NCBI GenBank assembly: GCA_951406725.2
Contig: OX597820.1
Location: forward strand, 73,346,001 to 73,410,000
DNA from: Octopus vulgaris
Lineage: Eukaryota
Length of the DNA: 64,000 bases
Direction: 5' to 3'
Positions 14,622 to 27,899 of this stretch are shown piece after piece. Position 1 is the first letter of the stretch; each line of letters opens with the position of its first letter. The position numbers and the translations under genes are program-made. The notes beneath the pieces are model-generated. The model was not told the origin of the DNA, made no database searches, and worked only from the letters and a program-made list of their open reading frames with translations.

Positions 14622-14939
14622 ATGTCTCCATATGTGTGTAATCTTTACATTCATACTGTCGTACAGTCATACAGTGCATTACTCAACTTAGAGGTGGGAA
14701 AGATCATTTTAAAAACTGAAGTGCTGTCTGTTAACAAGCTGAAGAATGAATATGACAGCTCACTGTTCACATGGTACAAAGAATTTATCGTTGATTTCCG
14801 AACACGAGTGAATCAAGGTGAAAAAGTATATTTCTACTCGAACAATCAGAAAACCACGGGTTTCTTAAAAGAGATATCGAAGAATTTATTTCAAATGGTA
14901 GAAGTTATTGATAACTTTGTTCTTCTGGCATTATGGTGA
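14622..14939 (+). pseudogene. Possible decayed pogo/Tigger CENP-B-type HTH fragment
   Basis: EYDSSLFTWYKE...GFLKEISKNL...DNF..LW weakly resembles HTH_Tnp_Tc5; by-eye similarity only. Confidence 0.3.
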
Positions 14940-15274
14940 ACAATTACTGAATGCGGAAGCAAAAACCAACGATAAGTAAGACAAGTGTTAGGTCTGAACA
15001 GACTTTTGTAGGAAAAAAAATCAACGATGTATATAATAATAGTAAAATAGGTTAGTAAAGACATTTAATAAATACATCTATATGACGCATTTTTCAAATG
15101 TATTATATAGAGGTCAAATATACACACTGAATACGGATGAAAATCGAAAGCTTCAAGAAACGGCGATAGTATGAATGGTCCTAGTTTTGCAGACAATTTG
15201 AATAATGATTTTCGACATTTTGGCTTGAATAGAATTCAGGAACACGAACATCTTTTATCCTTTAAATTTTATCT

Positions 15275-15657
15275 TTTATCTTTTACTTGTTTCAGTCATT
15301 AGACTTCGGCCATGCTAGAGCACTGTCTCGAAGAACTTTTGGTCGAATTAGTTGACCGCAGTACTCATTTTTTAAACCTGATTCTTATTCTATCGGTCTC
15401 TTATCTTCTCCAGAACCGCTATGTTACGGGGACTTACTTAAAAATACTAACACCCGTTGTCAAGCGGATGTGGGGAACAAACATAGACACACACACACAT
15501 ATATATATCTTATATATACGACAGGCGTCTTTCAGTTTCCGTCTACTAAGTCCATTCACGAGGCTTTCGTCGGCCCGAAGCTATAGAAGAAACTGCTTGC
15601 CCAAGGTTCCACACTGTGGGACTGAACCCGGAACCATGTGATAGGAAGCATGACTCT
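15275..15657 (-). mobile_element. SINE family A, diverged
   Basis: Reverse-complement match to family consensus. Confidence 0.75.
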
Positions 15658-15804
15658 GTGTATGGGTGTGTGTGTGTTGTACACGCGTCTTGGCGTCTAT
15701 GTTTCTTATCCTCAATCAACCCCACTACTTGATAACGGTACTGGTTTGTTTATGTTCTTATAACAGCAAAAGGAACCGTCAGAATAATTACCTCATGTGC
15801 TTTT

Positions 15805-16240
15805 AGGCGTAGGAGTGGCTGTGTGGTAACTAATTTGCTTATTAACCACATGGTTCCGGGTTCAGTCCCACTACGTGGCACCTAGGACAAGTGACTTCTA
15901 CTATAGCCTCGGGCCGACCAAAGACTTATGAGTGGATTTGGTAGACGGAAACTGAAAGAAGCCTGTCGTATATATGTATATATATGTGTGTATGTGTGCG
16001 TATATGTGTGTGTGTTTGTGTGTTTGTGTGCCTGTGTTTGTCCCCTCAACATCGCTTGACAACCGATGCTGGTGTGTTTACGTCCCCGTAACTTAGCGGT
16101 TCGGCAAAAGTGACAGATAGAATAAGTACTAGGCTTACAAAGAATAAATCCTGGGGTCGATTTGCTCGACTATTGGCAGTGCTCCAGCATGGCCACAGTC
16201 AAATGACTGAAACAAGTAAAAGAGTAAAAGAGTAAAGAGT
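15805..16240 (+). mobile_element. SINE family A, full length
   Basis: GGCGTAGGAGTGGCTGTGTGG head through ...GACTGAAACAAGT(AAAAGAGT)n. Confidence 0.9.
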
Positions 16241-16687
16241 CTGAGGTGCCTTGTTCGACGAAAACGCTTCAAGGCGGTCTTTTGAGTAATTTGCAAGTGT
16301 TCTCGAAAACTCTTGCGCTTTACGTTGCGTTATTTATATAGTTTAATTTATATATTTATCTATTCTTATTTTATCCTTATTTATTCTTATCTATTAAATT
16401 ATTTGTATTTTGGGTGTTGTTGCCCTTATTTGTTCTGTATGTTTGTAAAAGTATTTATATCATAAATGACATTCAGTGAGTTTATAGGTTACACGCAATG
16501 AACCTTCAAAACAAATATCTTTCTGCAATGTTAAGCTGTATAAAAAAATGTTATAAAAGCATTTTACCTAAAAATAAGATACATGGCTACACGCAAAATG
16601 TCTGTATACATGTTACAGGTGCTTCATCAACAAGATTATTGAAGAAATTAATATTTCGACATTAGTACATTGACTTGGCAGAATCGT

Positions 16688-17008
16688 TATGGCGCACTCC
16701 GTCGGTTACGACGACGAGGGTCCCAGATGATACGATCAACGGAACAGCTTGCTCGTGAAATTAACTTGCAAGTGGCTGAGCATTCCACAGACACGTGTAC
16801 CCTTAACGTAGTTCAAGTGGAGATTCAGCGTGACACAGAGTGTGACAAGGCCGGCCATTTGAAATACAGGTACTGCTCATTCTTGCCAGCTGAGTGGACT
16901 GGAGCAACGTGAAATAAAGAGTCTTGCTCAAGGACATAATGCATCCCCGGGAATCGAACTCACGACCTTACGAACACGAGCCGAATGCCCTAACCACTAA
17001 GCCATGCG
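16688..17008 (-). mobile_element. tRNA-derived SINE related to family C
   Basis: Minus-strand TGGCTTAGTGGTTAGGGC...GAGTTCGATTCCC head; tail shared with the 23155 copy. Confidence 0.75.
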
Positions 17009-17009
17009 T

Positions 17010-17350
17010 TAGCACATCGAGCATAATGCTTACCGGCATTTTGTGCGTCTTTATGCTCTCAGTTCAAATTCCGCCGATGTCGACTTTGCCGTTCATCGTT
17101 TTGGGGGTCGAAAAATTAAGTACTAGTTGAGTACTGGGCTCAAGGTAATCGACTTATCCTCTCTCCCGAACTTGCTGGCCTTGTGCCAAAATTTGAAACA
17201 AAAATTTCGATATGAAGGCAGCAGGAAGGCAGAAACGTTATCAGGCCGCAAAAGGCTAAGCGGTATTTCGTCCGTCTTTATGTTCTGAGTTCAAATTCCG
17301 CCGAGGTCGACTTTGTATTTTATCCTTTGAACCCGTGCCAAAATTTGAAA
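17010..17350 (+). mobile_element. Two degenerate family B (Meta-domain-type) SINEs
   Basis: GTTCAAATTCCGCCGA.GTCGACTTTG...TCATC...GGGGTCGA...AAGTAC motif. Confidence 0.7.
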
Positions 17351-17899
17351 CCAAGTTGCATTAAAAGCAATACGTATAAGGAAAGATAGAGCGGTTTGGA
17401 TCACCTCAGTATTTTGCTGGTACTTATTTCTCCGAATAACAAAGGACGGAAAGCAACTATAATCCCTGGTGAGAACTAATATTAATTCCGTTATCTACGA
17501 CCATTTAGATCCACAAAATAACTAATAGTCATAAATATGTTATGTCGAGAAGATGTTAAAAGAGATTCGTGCCGTAATCGGTAGTCTTTGTTATCGCTGT
17601 ACTTAAACATTACTCGGAAAAACGATAACGATAAAAACGAAAGCTAGATTTCAATACAATACCAAAATACATTTAGTGGTTTCCAAGCAACTTTAGAATA
17701 AGAACGTATCGCTTGCTTCAAGTAAAAGAATGAGTGATGTCATTTGTAATATTTATAAAGTGTTTTCTAATTCAAACGGCAAATATCTACCGCGGATGGT
17801 GTTACGAATTAATTATCAATATTCGTTAAAGACAAACAGAAAAGCAAAACAAACTCATATATCCATGCACACAGATGTATATATTTACGTATGTGTATG

Positions 17900-17948
<49 letters not shown>

Positions 17949-17964
17949 ATATATATATGTACAT

Positions 17965-18190
17965 CTGCATGGTGTGGATGTGGGTTTCTTTAAATCTAAA
18001 CTCGATCTCTTCTTGTCAGGGGTTCTAGATGAAGCTACCTCTCGGCAGGAAACACAGATGCGGACAGCGGCGTCGAACTCCCTTGTTGATCAAGTGCCAC
18101 GTATCAGAGGAGGTTTCACATACTAGTGTAGCACAATCAACGGTGGTGCCCCAGCATGACCGCAGCTTTTGGGCTGAAGCACTTTTAAGG
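17965..18190 (+). mobile_element. CR1/L2-group LINE extreme 3' end
   Basis: FFKSKLDLFLSGVLDE...RTAASNSLVDQ C-terminus then a 3' UTR GGTGGTGCCCCAGCATGACCGCAGC...GCTGAA resembling the SINE A tail. Confidence 0.65.
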
Positions 18191-18220
18191 ATTTAAGGAT
18201 TTATACATGCACATATACTT

Positions 18221-18275
<55 letters not shown>

Positions 18276-18358
18276 CATACACATATACATATATATACAT
18301 ATACATACATATATATATATATATATACATACAAATATATACATAAATATATACATAC

Positions 18359-18398
<40 letters not shown>

Positions 18399-18423
18399 AT
18401 GTATATATTTATGTATATATTTG

Positions 18424-18496
<73 letters not shown>

Positions 18497-18713
18497 TGTC
18501 ATTTGAAATAACATGTGAAATAACAACATCAGAATTTACCCACCATGGACAAGAAATCTTTTTACCCGTTCTTCATAGCACATTCCTTGGATAACGAAAC
18601 AATAACTTTAACATCCGACATGTATTCTTATTTTCATATTTACCTTTATAAGTTCTGTATCTCTCCTTTTCCAAAATAACTTCTTATACAATGAACTCTA
18701 ACTCTCTTAACTC

Positions 18714-18761
18714 GTCCCTGATGATGGGATATCATTTATTTCTCTGAAACAGCTGTAAGAC
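18714..18761 (+). ncRNA. Minimal type-I hammerhead ribozyme motif
   Basis: GTCC-CTGATGA-T-GGGA...TCTC-T-GAAAC-AGCT-GTA-AGAC; canonical core, palindromic CAGCTG helix III, GUA triplet; one mismatch at the base of helix I. Confidence 0.75.
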
Positions 18762-18871
18762 CACCTTTCTCCTTATAAATGTCATAGAAATTTCCCATTG
18801 CTTGGCCTTGTTATCTCATTTTATTTATTATATATCTATCTATCTGTACACACACACACATATATGTGTAT

Positions 18872-18942
<71 letters not shown>

Positions 18943-19024
18943 TAAGGTATGTAGAAAAATACAACATGGACAAGAACGTATAACTCTTAGAAGACGACAC
19001 AATAAACACGGACAGGACATTCGA

Positions 19025-19102
19025 AACCCTCAGTCTTCAGTCAAGAACCGGATCATCGTAGTAATTTCGGCTGATTAATCTTGAGATTACTAGATCACGG
19101 CC
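19025..19102 (-). ncRNA. Non-circularly permuted hammerhead ribozyme candidate (family 1, copy a)
   Basis: Minus strand: TAGTAA-TC-TCAAGA...AGCC-GAAA-TTACTA...TCTTGA-CTGAAGA-ctgag-GGTT; perfect 6-bp helix III and helix I, AUC triplet. Confidence 0.7.
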
Positions 19103-19867
19103 AGCCCTCCAAGAAAAACCAAGCAACGAGCATTAGAAAAACTAAGCTGGAAGCGTAGATTTCCTGGAAGAAGGATCGAATGCATACGAACACCAGGACA
19201 GCAAAAGGGACAGATATAAAAAACAAAAAACAATAATGGAATACAGAAACATGAAATACAGAAGCATTAACGGTGAAAACAACAGTGTCTTACGACTGAT
19301 AACAAGCAAACAAATTTTTTCTCTGGCGCAATGGAAAAAGCCTTTATAGTGGCGGACGAAAACAGCGATGTTAACAGAACGAGGGTCAGAGGCTGAAAGG
19401 CAGATTTCGGCCAACAGTCACGTGACAGAGAAGAGGGAAAAGAAAAGAAAGAGAAGCAAAGGAAGAGAGAGAGAGAGGAGGGACAAACGCAACAAGGAGA
19501 GAGAAGAGAGAGAAAGAAGGAATCAGAGAGGAGAAGGGATGGGTGTCGAAGAATGACCTGTGAGTGCAGAGCGAGACAAAGAAATAGGAGGGTAGTGGAA
19601 GACTAGACCAAAGAATCAGAGGAAAGAGAAGAGAAAAAGAGGATGAGTAGAGAGAAAAGAGAGAGAGGGGGACAGATCAAGTAAAAATGAGAGAGAGAGA
19701 GAGACAAACAGAGAGTCGTACCAATTATTAAGAATATGTGCTCACATAAATGTTAAGGGGGGTACGGGGCGCCTGGAATATATGTTAAGGTATGTAGAAA
19801 AATACAACATGGACAAGAACGTATAACTCTTAGAAGACGACACAATAAACACGGACAGGACATTCGA

Positions 19868-19945
19868 AACCCTCAGTCTTCAGTCAAGAACCGGATCATC
19901 GTAGTAATTTCGGCTGATTAATCTTGAGATTACTAGATCACGGCC
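19868..19945 (-). ncRNA. Non-circularly permuted hammerhead ribozyme candidate (family 1, copy b)
   Basis: Identical motif 843 bp from copy a. Confidence 0.7.
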
Positions 19946-20269
19946 AGCCCTCCAAGAAAACCAAGCAACGAGCATTAGAAAAACTAAGCTGGAAGCGTAG
20001 ATTTCCTGGAAGAAGGATCGAATGCATACGAACACCAGGACAGCAAAAGGGACAGATATAAAAAAACAAAAAACAATAATGGAATACAGAAACATGAAAT
20101 ACAGAAGCATTAACGGTGAAAACAACAGTGTCTTACGACTGATAACAAGCAAACAAATTTTTTCTCTGGCGCAATGGAAAAAGCCTTTATAGTGGCGGAC
20201 GAAAACAGCGATGTTAACAGAACGAGGGTCAGAGGCTATATATATATATATAAATATATAAATATATAA

Positions 20270-20347
<78 letters not shown>

Positions 20348-20670
20348 TTGCTATAATGCAAAAGTGTCGTAAGTCCAAAACATTACCTTGTGGTAAAGCG
20401 TTAAAACTGTTGAATTTCTGACCACTCCAGCTAATGCTTGGCCAGCAAAAGAAAGTTTTTCGTTCTGAAAAATAAAAGCAGTTCTCTTTTACAGTTTTAC
20501 TTGTTTCAGTCATTTGACTGCGGCCATTCTGGAGCACCGCCTTTAATCGAACAAATCGACCCCATGACTTATTCTTTGTAAGCCTAGTACTTATTCTATT
20601 GGTCTCTTTTTGCCGAACACACCAACATCGGTTGTCGAGCGATGTTGGGATGGACAAACACAGACACACA

Positions 20671-20743
<73 letters not shown>

Positions 20744-20954
20744 AATATAGGATAAAAAATTTTTCGAAAAAATTCTTTTCCCCAAAAAATTTTATCAATG
20801 GCAAGCATATTAAAACATACCTTTAAAGGTTAAAATTATAAACAATTCATAAATAAGGGCAAACGAAAAAATTTCTAATGCCAAATATGCCGAAAAATTG
20901 GACATATTGTCCATTAACCATATAATTTTTTCGTTTGCCCTTATTTATGAAAAA

Positions 20955-20992
<38 letters not shown>

Positions 20993-21410
20993 GACCGGCT
21001 TCTTTCAGTTTCCGCCTACCAAATCCTCTCACAAGGCTTTGGTCGACCTGAGACTATAATAGAAGACACTTGCCCAAGGTGCCACGCAGTGGGACTGAAC
21101 CCGGAACCATGTGGTTGGTAAGCAAGCCATTACTGCGCCCGCATACACTTTATTCATTACAACTAACTTTACGCACAGGAGAGTTTTAGAAGCACAAACA
21201 ACCAGCTGACCTTCTAAAAGTAGTTGTCATAACAGCAGGTTGTCTGCGAGAATGAAATACTGTCACTTCCATGGTTTCTTCGTTTGTGGAAACACAAAGT
21301 AGTCGTGGCATAGGAGTATGTAGTCGTGGTTCTCCCATCATCCGGTTGGGTACGTCCTCGGTTGCTGTTGCTCTTTAATAAATACTGACTAGAATGTACC
21401 ATATATATAC

Positions 21411-21586
21411 ACGACTGTGTGGTAAGAAGCTTTCTTCCCAACCACATGGTTCCGGATTCAGTCCCAATGCGTGGCAACTTGAGCAAGTGTCTTCTACAAT
21501 AGCCTCGGGCCAACCAAAGCTTTGTGAGTGAATTAGGTAGACGGAAAATGAAAGGAGCCCGTCGCATATATATACCAATATATATA

Positions 21587-21632
<46 letters not shown>

Positions 21633-21872
21633 GTATTTATATATATAGGTATGTATGTATGTATGTATATATGTGTGTGTGTGTCTATGTGTCTGTGTTT
21701 GACCACCCGGTGTTGGTGTGTTTACGTCCCTGTAGCCTAGTGATTCAGCAAAAGCGACCGATAGAATAAGTACTAGGCTTAGAAAATAAGTCCTGGAGTC
21801 GATTAATTCGACTAAAATGCTTCAAGGTGGTGCTCCAGCATGGCCCCAGTCAAATGACTCATTCAAGTAAAA
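21411..21872 (+). mobile_element. SINE family A
   Basis: Head, expanded internal microsatellite, tail. Confidence 0.8.
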
Positions 21873-22165
21873 TAATACATGCATACACACACACATACAT
21901 ATGCATGCATACATATAAATATAACATAATATAGATATATGTGTATGTACACGGATACACAAATACACACTCACACAAACACACATATGTATGCGCATTT
22001 ATACACCTCTGCTGTTAAACATGTACGCACAAAAAAAATCACTGAAAATTAATTGCCTATGTCTGAAAGTTAAAAGTCAACTCAGAAAATCCTCGAAATA
22101 TAAGGACCCTACGAAGCTGAAAGTTAATGTTGTTTCCTATGAACAATGGAGAAGAGGAATACACA

Positions 22166-22211
<46 letters not shown>

Positions 22212-22901
22212 TATACATAAAACATTCTATTTAAAAAGCAAAAACAGATCAGAGATATTCAATAAATGCAGAGACTCGGAAAAGCCCATATTACGTAACT
22301 GCGTAATTGAGAAGCATGATTTTCAGCCGACTTGAACTGCGTATGTACAGAGACATTTGATATTACTTCACCTCGTATTTTCTTCGCTCTTTCTTCTCAG
22401 TTTCCTTACTGTATTATCTATATGTTTTATAGTTAATTTTTCTAATAAACATCCATCTTTCACACCTCCAGCCCAATTTATTTCCCTCACGTCAACGGAA
22501 ATTACTTTCCTCTAAACACATTTAGCAATTTTGGTTTCTCCAGAGCTTAAAACAATTACATCATTTTCTTCAAGCGACAATAATATAAAGGTATCGGAAA
22601 AATACTCTCAGCCCCTGAGCATGAAATATTTATAAAAGCCGAAGGAATTTGACAAAATATATTCTTTCAAAATACTTCCTGTATCTTTTTATACCATACG
22701 AAGATAAACAGTGCTCGAAGGCCAAAACCGCGAATCCAAACAATAAACCAACTATTATTGTTTTGTAAATACAAATACATACTCGCACGCACGCACACTC
22801 ACACACACACACACACACACACACAATTATATATGTATGTATGTATAAAATAGTTTTATAAGTGCGTATGTATGAATATATGTGTCTATATCAATATATG
22901 C

Positions 22902-22943
<42 letters not shown>

Positions 22944-22944
22944 G

Positions 22945-23026
<82 letters not shown>

Positions 23027-23076
23027 TACGTTCTTGTCCATGTTGTATTTTTCTACATACCTTAATATATATATAT

Positions 23077-23123
<47 letters not shown>

Positions 23124-23154
23124 CACACACACACATATATACACACATATATCG

Positions 23155-23520
23155 TGGAACTCCGTCGGTTACGATGACGCGGGTTCCAGTTGAGCCTGAT
23201 CGTGAAATTAACGTGCAAGTGGCTGAGCACTCCACAGACACATGTACCCTTAACGTAATTCTCGGGGACATTCAGCACGACACCGAGTGTGACAAGGCTG
23301 GCCCTTTGAAATACAGGTACAACAGAAACAGGAAGAATGAGTGAGAGTAAGTTGTGGAGAAAGAGTACAGCAGGGTTCACCACCAGCCCCCTGCCGAGAC
23401 CTCGTGGAGCTTTAGACGTTTTCGCTCAATAAACACTCACAACGATCGGTCTGGGAAACGAAACGGCGATCCTACGACAGTGAGTCCGCTGCCCTAACCA
23501 CCGAGCCTTTGCGCCTCCAC
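23155..23520 (-). mobile_element. tRNA-derived SINE, family C
   Basis: Reverse complement of GTGGAGGCGCAA.GGC.CGGTGGTTAGGGCAGCGGACT head. Confidence 0.8.
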
Positions 23521-23552
23521 ACACGCGCGCACGCACACACACACATATATAT

Positions 23553-23599
<47 letters not shown>

Positions 23600-23600
23600 C

Positions 23601-23668
<68 letters not shown>

Positions 23669-23918
23669 CATAGAGAGCGTGTATATGTGTGTGTGCGTGT
23701 GTGTGTATATGTGTGTCTGTGTGTGTGTTCGGTGGAATAAAAATTAATTACCACCGGCTTCCAAAAAGATATCGGTGTATCACGAATGTTATACGGTATA
23801 AGTATGATTTATAAATTTGAATTGTAGGAGAAAACCCTAAATAATAGACAAAGGGAATCTTGTTTTGTCTTACGAGTGATCAGAACAATGCAGATTGAGG
23901 ACAAGTTTACCATATACA

Positions 23919-23952
<34 letters not shown>

Positions 23953-23963
23953 TCATATATGTG

Positions 23964-24014
<51 letters not shown>

Positions 24015-24077
24015 CTTAGAATAACTTAGAAAGGTTTTTGGCCAGTATTGGCCCAGGCCATGTCTAACTTAATAGCA

Positions 24078-24470
<393 letters not shown>

Positions 24471-24639
24471 AAAAAAAAAAAAAAAAATATGTAGCAGGCG
24501 TGACTCTGTGGTAAGAGACTTCCCAATCTTGGTTCTGGATTCAAAGAAACTGCGTGGCACCGTAGACAAGTGTCTTCTACTATAGCCTCGGGCCGACCAG
24601 ACCCTTGTGAGTGGATTTTGTAGACGGAAACTGGAAGAA

Positions 24640-24690
<51 letters not shown>

Positions 24691-24831
24691 GTGTGTGTGT
24701 GTGTGTGCATATATGGGTACACGACGTCACCGACGATAAACAACATGAAATACGTATATGTAAGCAAATGAGTTCAATACGCAAACAATGAGAGAAACAA
24801 ATGGAAAACAGGATAAGTAACATAAAGAACG

Positions 24832-24907
24832 ACCCTTCATCAGTTGTTGGCTGTCTATCTACTTCTCATTTCGAGCATTGAACAACAATATGAGTCTTCA
24901 AAGACAG
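24832..24907 (-). ncRNA. Non-circularly permuted hammerhead ribozyme candidate (family 4)
   Basis: Minus strand: CTGTCT..CTCA-TA-TTGTTG-ttcaat-GCTC-GAAA-TGAG..AGACAG-c-CAACAA-CTGATGA-A-GGGT; all three helices pair; canonical core. Confidence 0.8.
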
Positions 24908-25125
24908 TTGTTTCCATAAGTATGTAAATATAATTTGTGATTTATGGAAGGTCAAATTTGGGAACAAAGACAGGATAATGGAAACACAAGGAAACCGAAC
25001 GAAAACAAACATGGAGGGTGGTTAAACCAGAACGAGATTAAAATAGCGAACGTTGGCGAAATATTTACTTTGAACAGAGAAAAGATAGAAGAGAGAGGTA
25101 GAATACGTCCAGCCCTTAGGACAAG

Positions 25126-25420
25126 TGGAGCCACATATCATAGTGGTTAGAGCAGCGAACTCGCGGTCGAGGGATCGCGGGTTCGAATCTCAGACCAGGC
25201 AGTGTGTCTGTGTATGAGCAAAACACCTAAGCCCCACATGGCTCCGGCAGAAGGTAATGGCGAACTTCGGCTGACTCTTTCGCCACAACTTTCTCTCACT
25301 CTTTCCTCCTGCATCAAGCAGCTCACCAGCGACGGACCGGTGTCCCGTCCAGGTGGGGAATCTATACGCCAATGAAACCGGGAAACCGACCCTTATGAGC
25401 CAGGCATGGCTCGAGAAGGA
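25126..25420 (+). mobile_element. SINE related to family C
   Basis: TAGTGGTTAGAGCAGCGAACTCGCGG...GGTTCGAATCTC tRNA-like head. Confidence 0.75.
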
Positions 25421-26109
25421 AGTCCTTAGGACAGTGCTGAAGGAAAAGAAAGATGATCACGTGAGAAAAAGAAAGAGCAGCGAGAGAGAGAAAAAGAGAA
25501 ACGGAGAGAGAGAGAGAGCCAGACAGACAGATAGAAAACGGTGAAGGAGGGAAAACAGTAAAGAGTAGAGTCGCTTCACGCCACGCATCTATTTCCAAGT
25601 ATATATATATAAAGAGAGAGAGAGAGAGAGAGAAAGAGAGAGGACAGAGACAAACAGACAGACAGATACATACATACACACACGCACATATATGTACATA
25701 CATATACAAACACACATATATATATCGCTATGTATGTGTTCGTGTTTGTTTCCCCACACCGCTTGGCAACTGGTACTGGTTTGTTTACATCCCTCAAACA
25801 TTAGCGGTTCGGCAAAAGTGTTCGATAGAATGATATGCTCCAGATTTTAAAAAAATAAATACTAGGGTCGATTTTTCCACTAAACCCATTCAAAGGGGGT
25901 GGTCCAGGATGGCTGCATTCCAATGACTGAAACAAGTATAAGATAAAAAAAAATATATATAATTGCTTTTTTTTTCTTTTATTTGTTTCAGTCATTTGAC
26001 TGCAGTCATGCTGGAGCACCACTTTTAGTCGAACAAATCGACCCCAGGGCTTATTCTTCGTAAGCCTAGCACTTGTTCTACCGGTCGCTTTTACGGAATC
26101 ATAAACATA

Positions 26110-26500
26110 GGCGCAGGAGTGGCTGTGTGGTAAGTAGCTTGCTAATCAACCACATGGTTCTGGGTTCAGTCTCACTGCGTAGCATCTCGGGCAAGTGTCT
26201 TCTGCTATAGCCTTGGGCCAACCAATGCCTTGTGTGTGGATTTGGTAGACGGAAACTGAAAGAAGCCTATCGTATATATGTATATATATGTGTGTATGTG
26301 CGTGTGTTTGTCCCCCTAGCATTGCTTGACAACCGATGCTGGTGTGTTTACGTCCCCGTCACTTAGCGGTTCAGCAATAGAGACCGATAGAATAAGTACT
26401 GGGCTTACAAAGAATAAGTCCCGTAAAGTAAAAGTGTAAAAGAGTATACCAACATCGCTCGTCAAGCGATGATGAGGCGAACAAACACAGACACACTTAC

Positions 26501-26540
<40 letters not shown>

Positions 26541-26700
26541 CAGGCTTTTTTCAGTTTCCGTCTACCAAATCCAGTCACAATGCTTTAACCGGCCCGAGGC
26601 TATAGTAGAAGACACTTTCCCAATGTGCCACGCAGTGGGACTGAACCCAGAACCATGTGGTTGGAAGCAAGCTTCTTACCACACAGCCAAGTCTGCGCCT
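26110..26700. mobile_element. Family A SINE (+, 26110-26445) nested in a minus-strand family A SINE (~25975-26700)
   Basis: The minus copy is interrupted at ...ATAAACA/ ...CCAACATCG by a plus-strand copy. Confidence 0.75.
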
Positions 26701-27899
26701 ATTGGTTTTTTTTCCCAGTTGCATGACTAAGTAAATTTTAGTACAAAAAAAAGTAAGGAAATCGATTATGGATTTAATCAGAATGTTTGAAGTTTTATGT
26801 GTGAAGCTGTTACTATGATATCTGTGTTTTGATATTCAATATGCAAAAATAAATTTACAATTAAATAAAATTTTGATTAACTATTGAGTTGACAGAGAAA
26901 TTCGTTTGTTTCTTTCAAATGTTATTTGAATTAACACGAAAAATACTTTTATCGTATTGTTTTAGGGTTTGTTTTTGTTTATTTGTTTTTTTTTTTTTCC
27001 TGTAGAGCTATTCTGCCTCTACAACTTTTGTCTATCGCTTTAAAATTTGAGTAAATTTAATCTCTTTTCAGACGTATGACCTTGGAATGCCAAGCAGAAA
27101 AAAAAATGCCCATTTTCGATACCTGCTTCTCTTCACCTTGAATCAAGTTTCCAAACCAAAGTTGGGGAAGTTCTACCGCCAACTACCGTGTTCTTCTGAC
27201 GTTGTGCTTTATATCACCCGCCTTTTCGGTCGCTCCCCAATGGTTTGTGAGGCATTTTGTTCAGCATGGCGTGGATCTGAAAACGTTGCTCGTTGAATTC
27301 TTGTTGAGTCAAAGACCTTGTGATTCCTACCATTGGCAAGCTAATGGAACGTTCGCAAAAAATTGTGAACACTGAAGGAGAGAATATATTATTGACTTAT
27401 TTGTTAAACTAAATGAAAAAAATGATTTTATCTTACAACCCAATACTATCATTTATATAAGGTATCATGTGCATAATGTTAAACTTTACAAATAAAGTTT
27501 TATAAAATAAGATTTAAAGTATAACGGGAGAAATCATAGCAAGAAACATCAATATTGTACAAAATATCTAATTTAACAGTTAAAGAAGAGAGTGCTAAAA
27601 GCGGAACTTAATAAGGCAGAGAGAAAAATAACGAACCTGGCTGAGTTTAGATGTTGGAAGTACACTATCGTAATTAATGAAATTAAAAATAGTTAACTAT
27701 ATTGATGATTGATAAATTAATCGATTTATTTTGCTCTTAGTGGTTACATTGCTCTTAGGAAACTATCGATAGATATTTATCGAGATTGATAATACTGTTA
27801 CTTGAAGTTAGTAAAAATATCGTAAAAATTTTGTGCAAAAGCTACAAGAAGATAGTGTTAGAGTTCATTCAGAATAGAGTAGCTTAGAAGAGAAAATTC

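Larger units (their letters stand above)
18942..20237 (-). mobile_element. Non-autonomous element with ~453-bp direct repeats (period 843 bp), each carrying a permuted hammerhead; Penelope-pLTR/retrozyme-like
   Basis: 18942-19394 almost identical to 19785-20237; flanked by (TA)n on both sides; a terminal fragment recurs at ~23022-23065. Confidence 0.75.
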
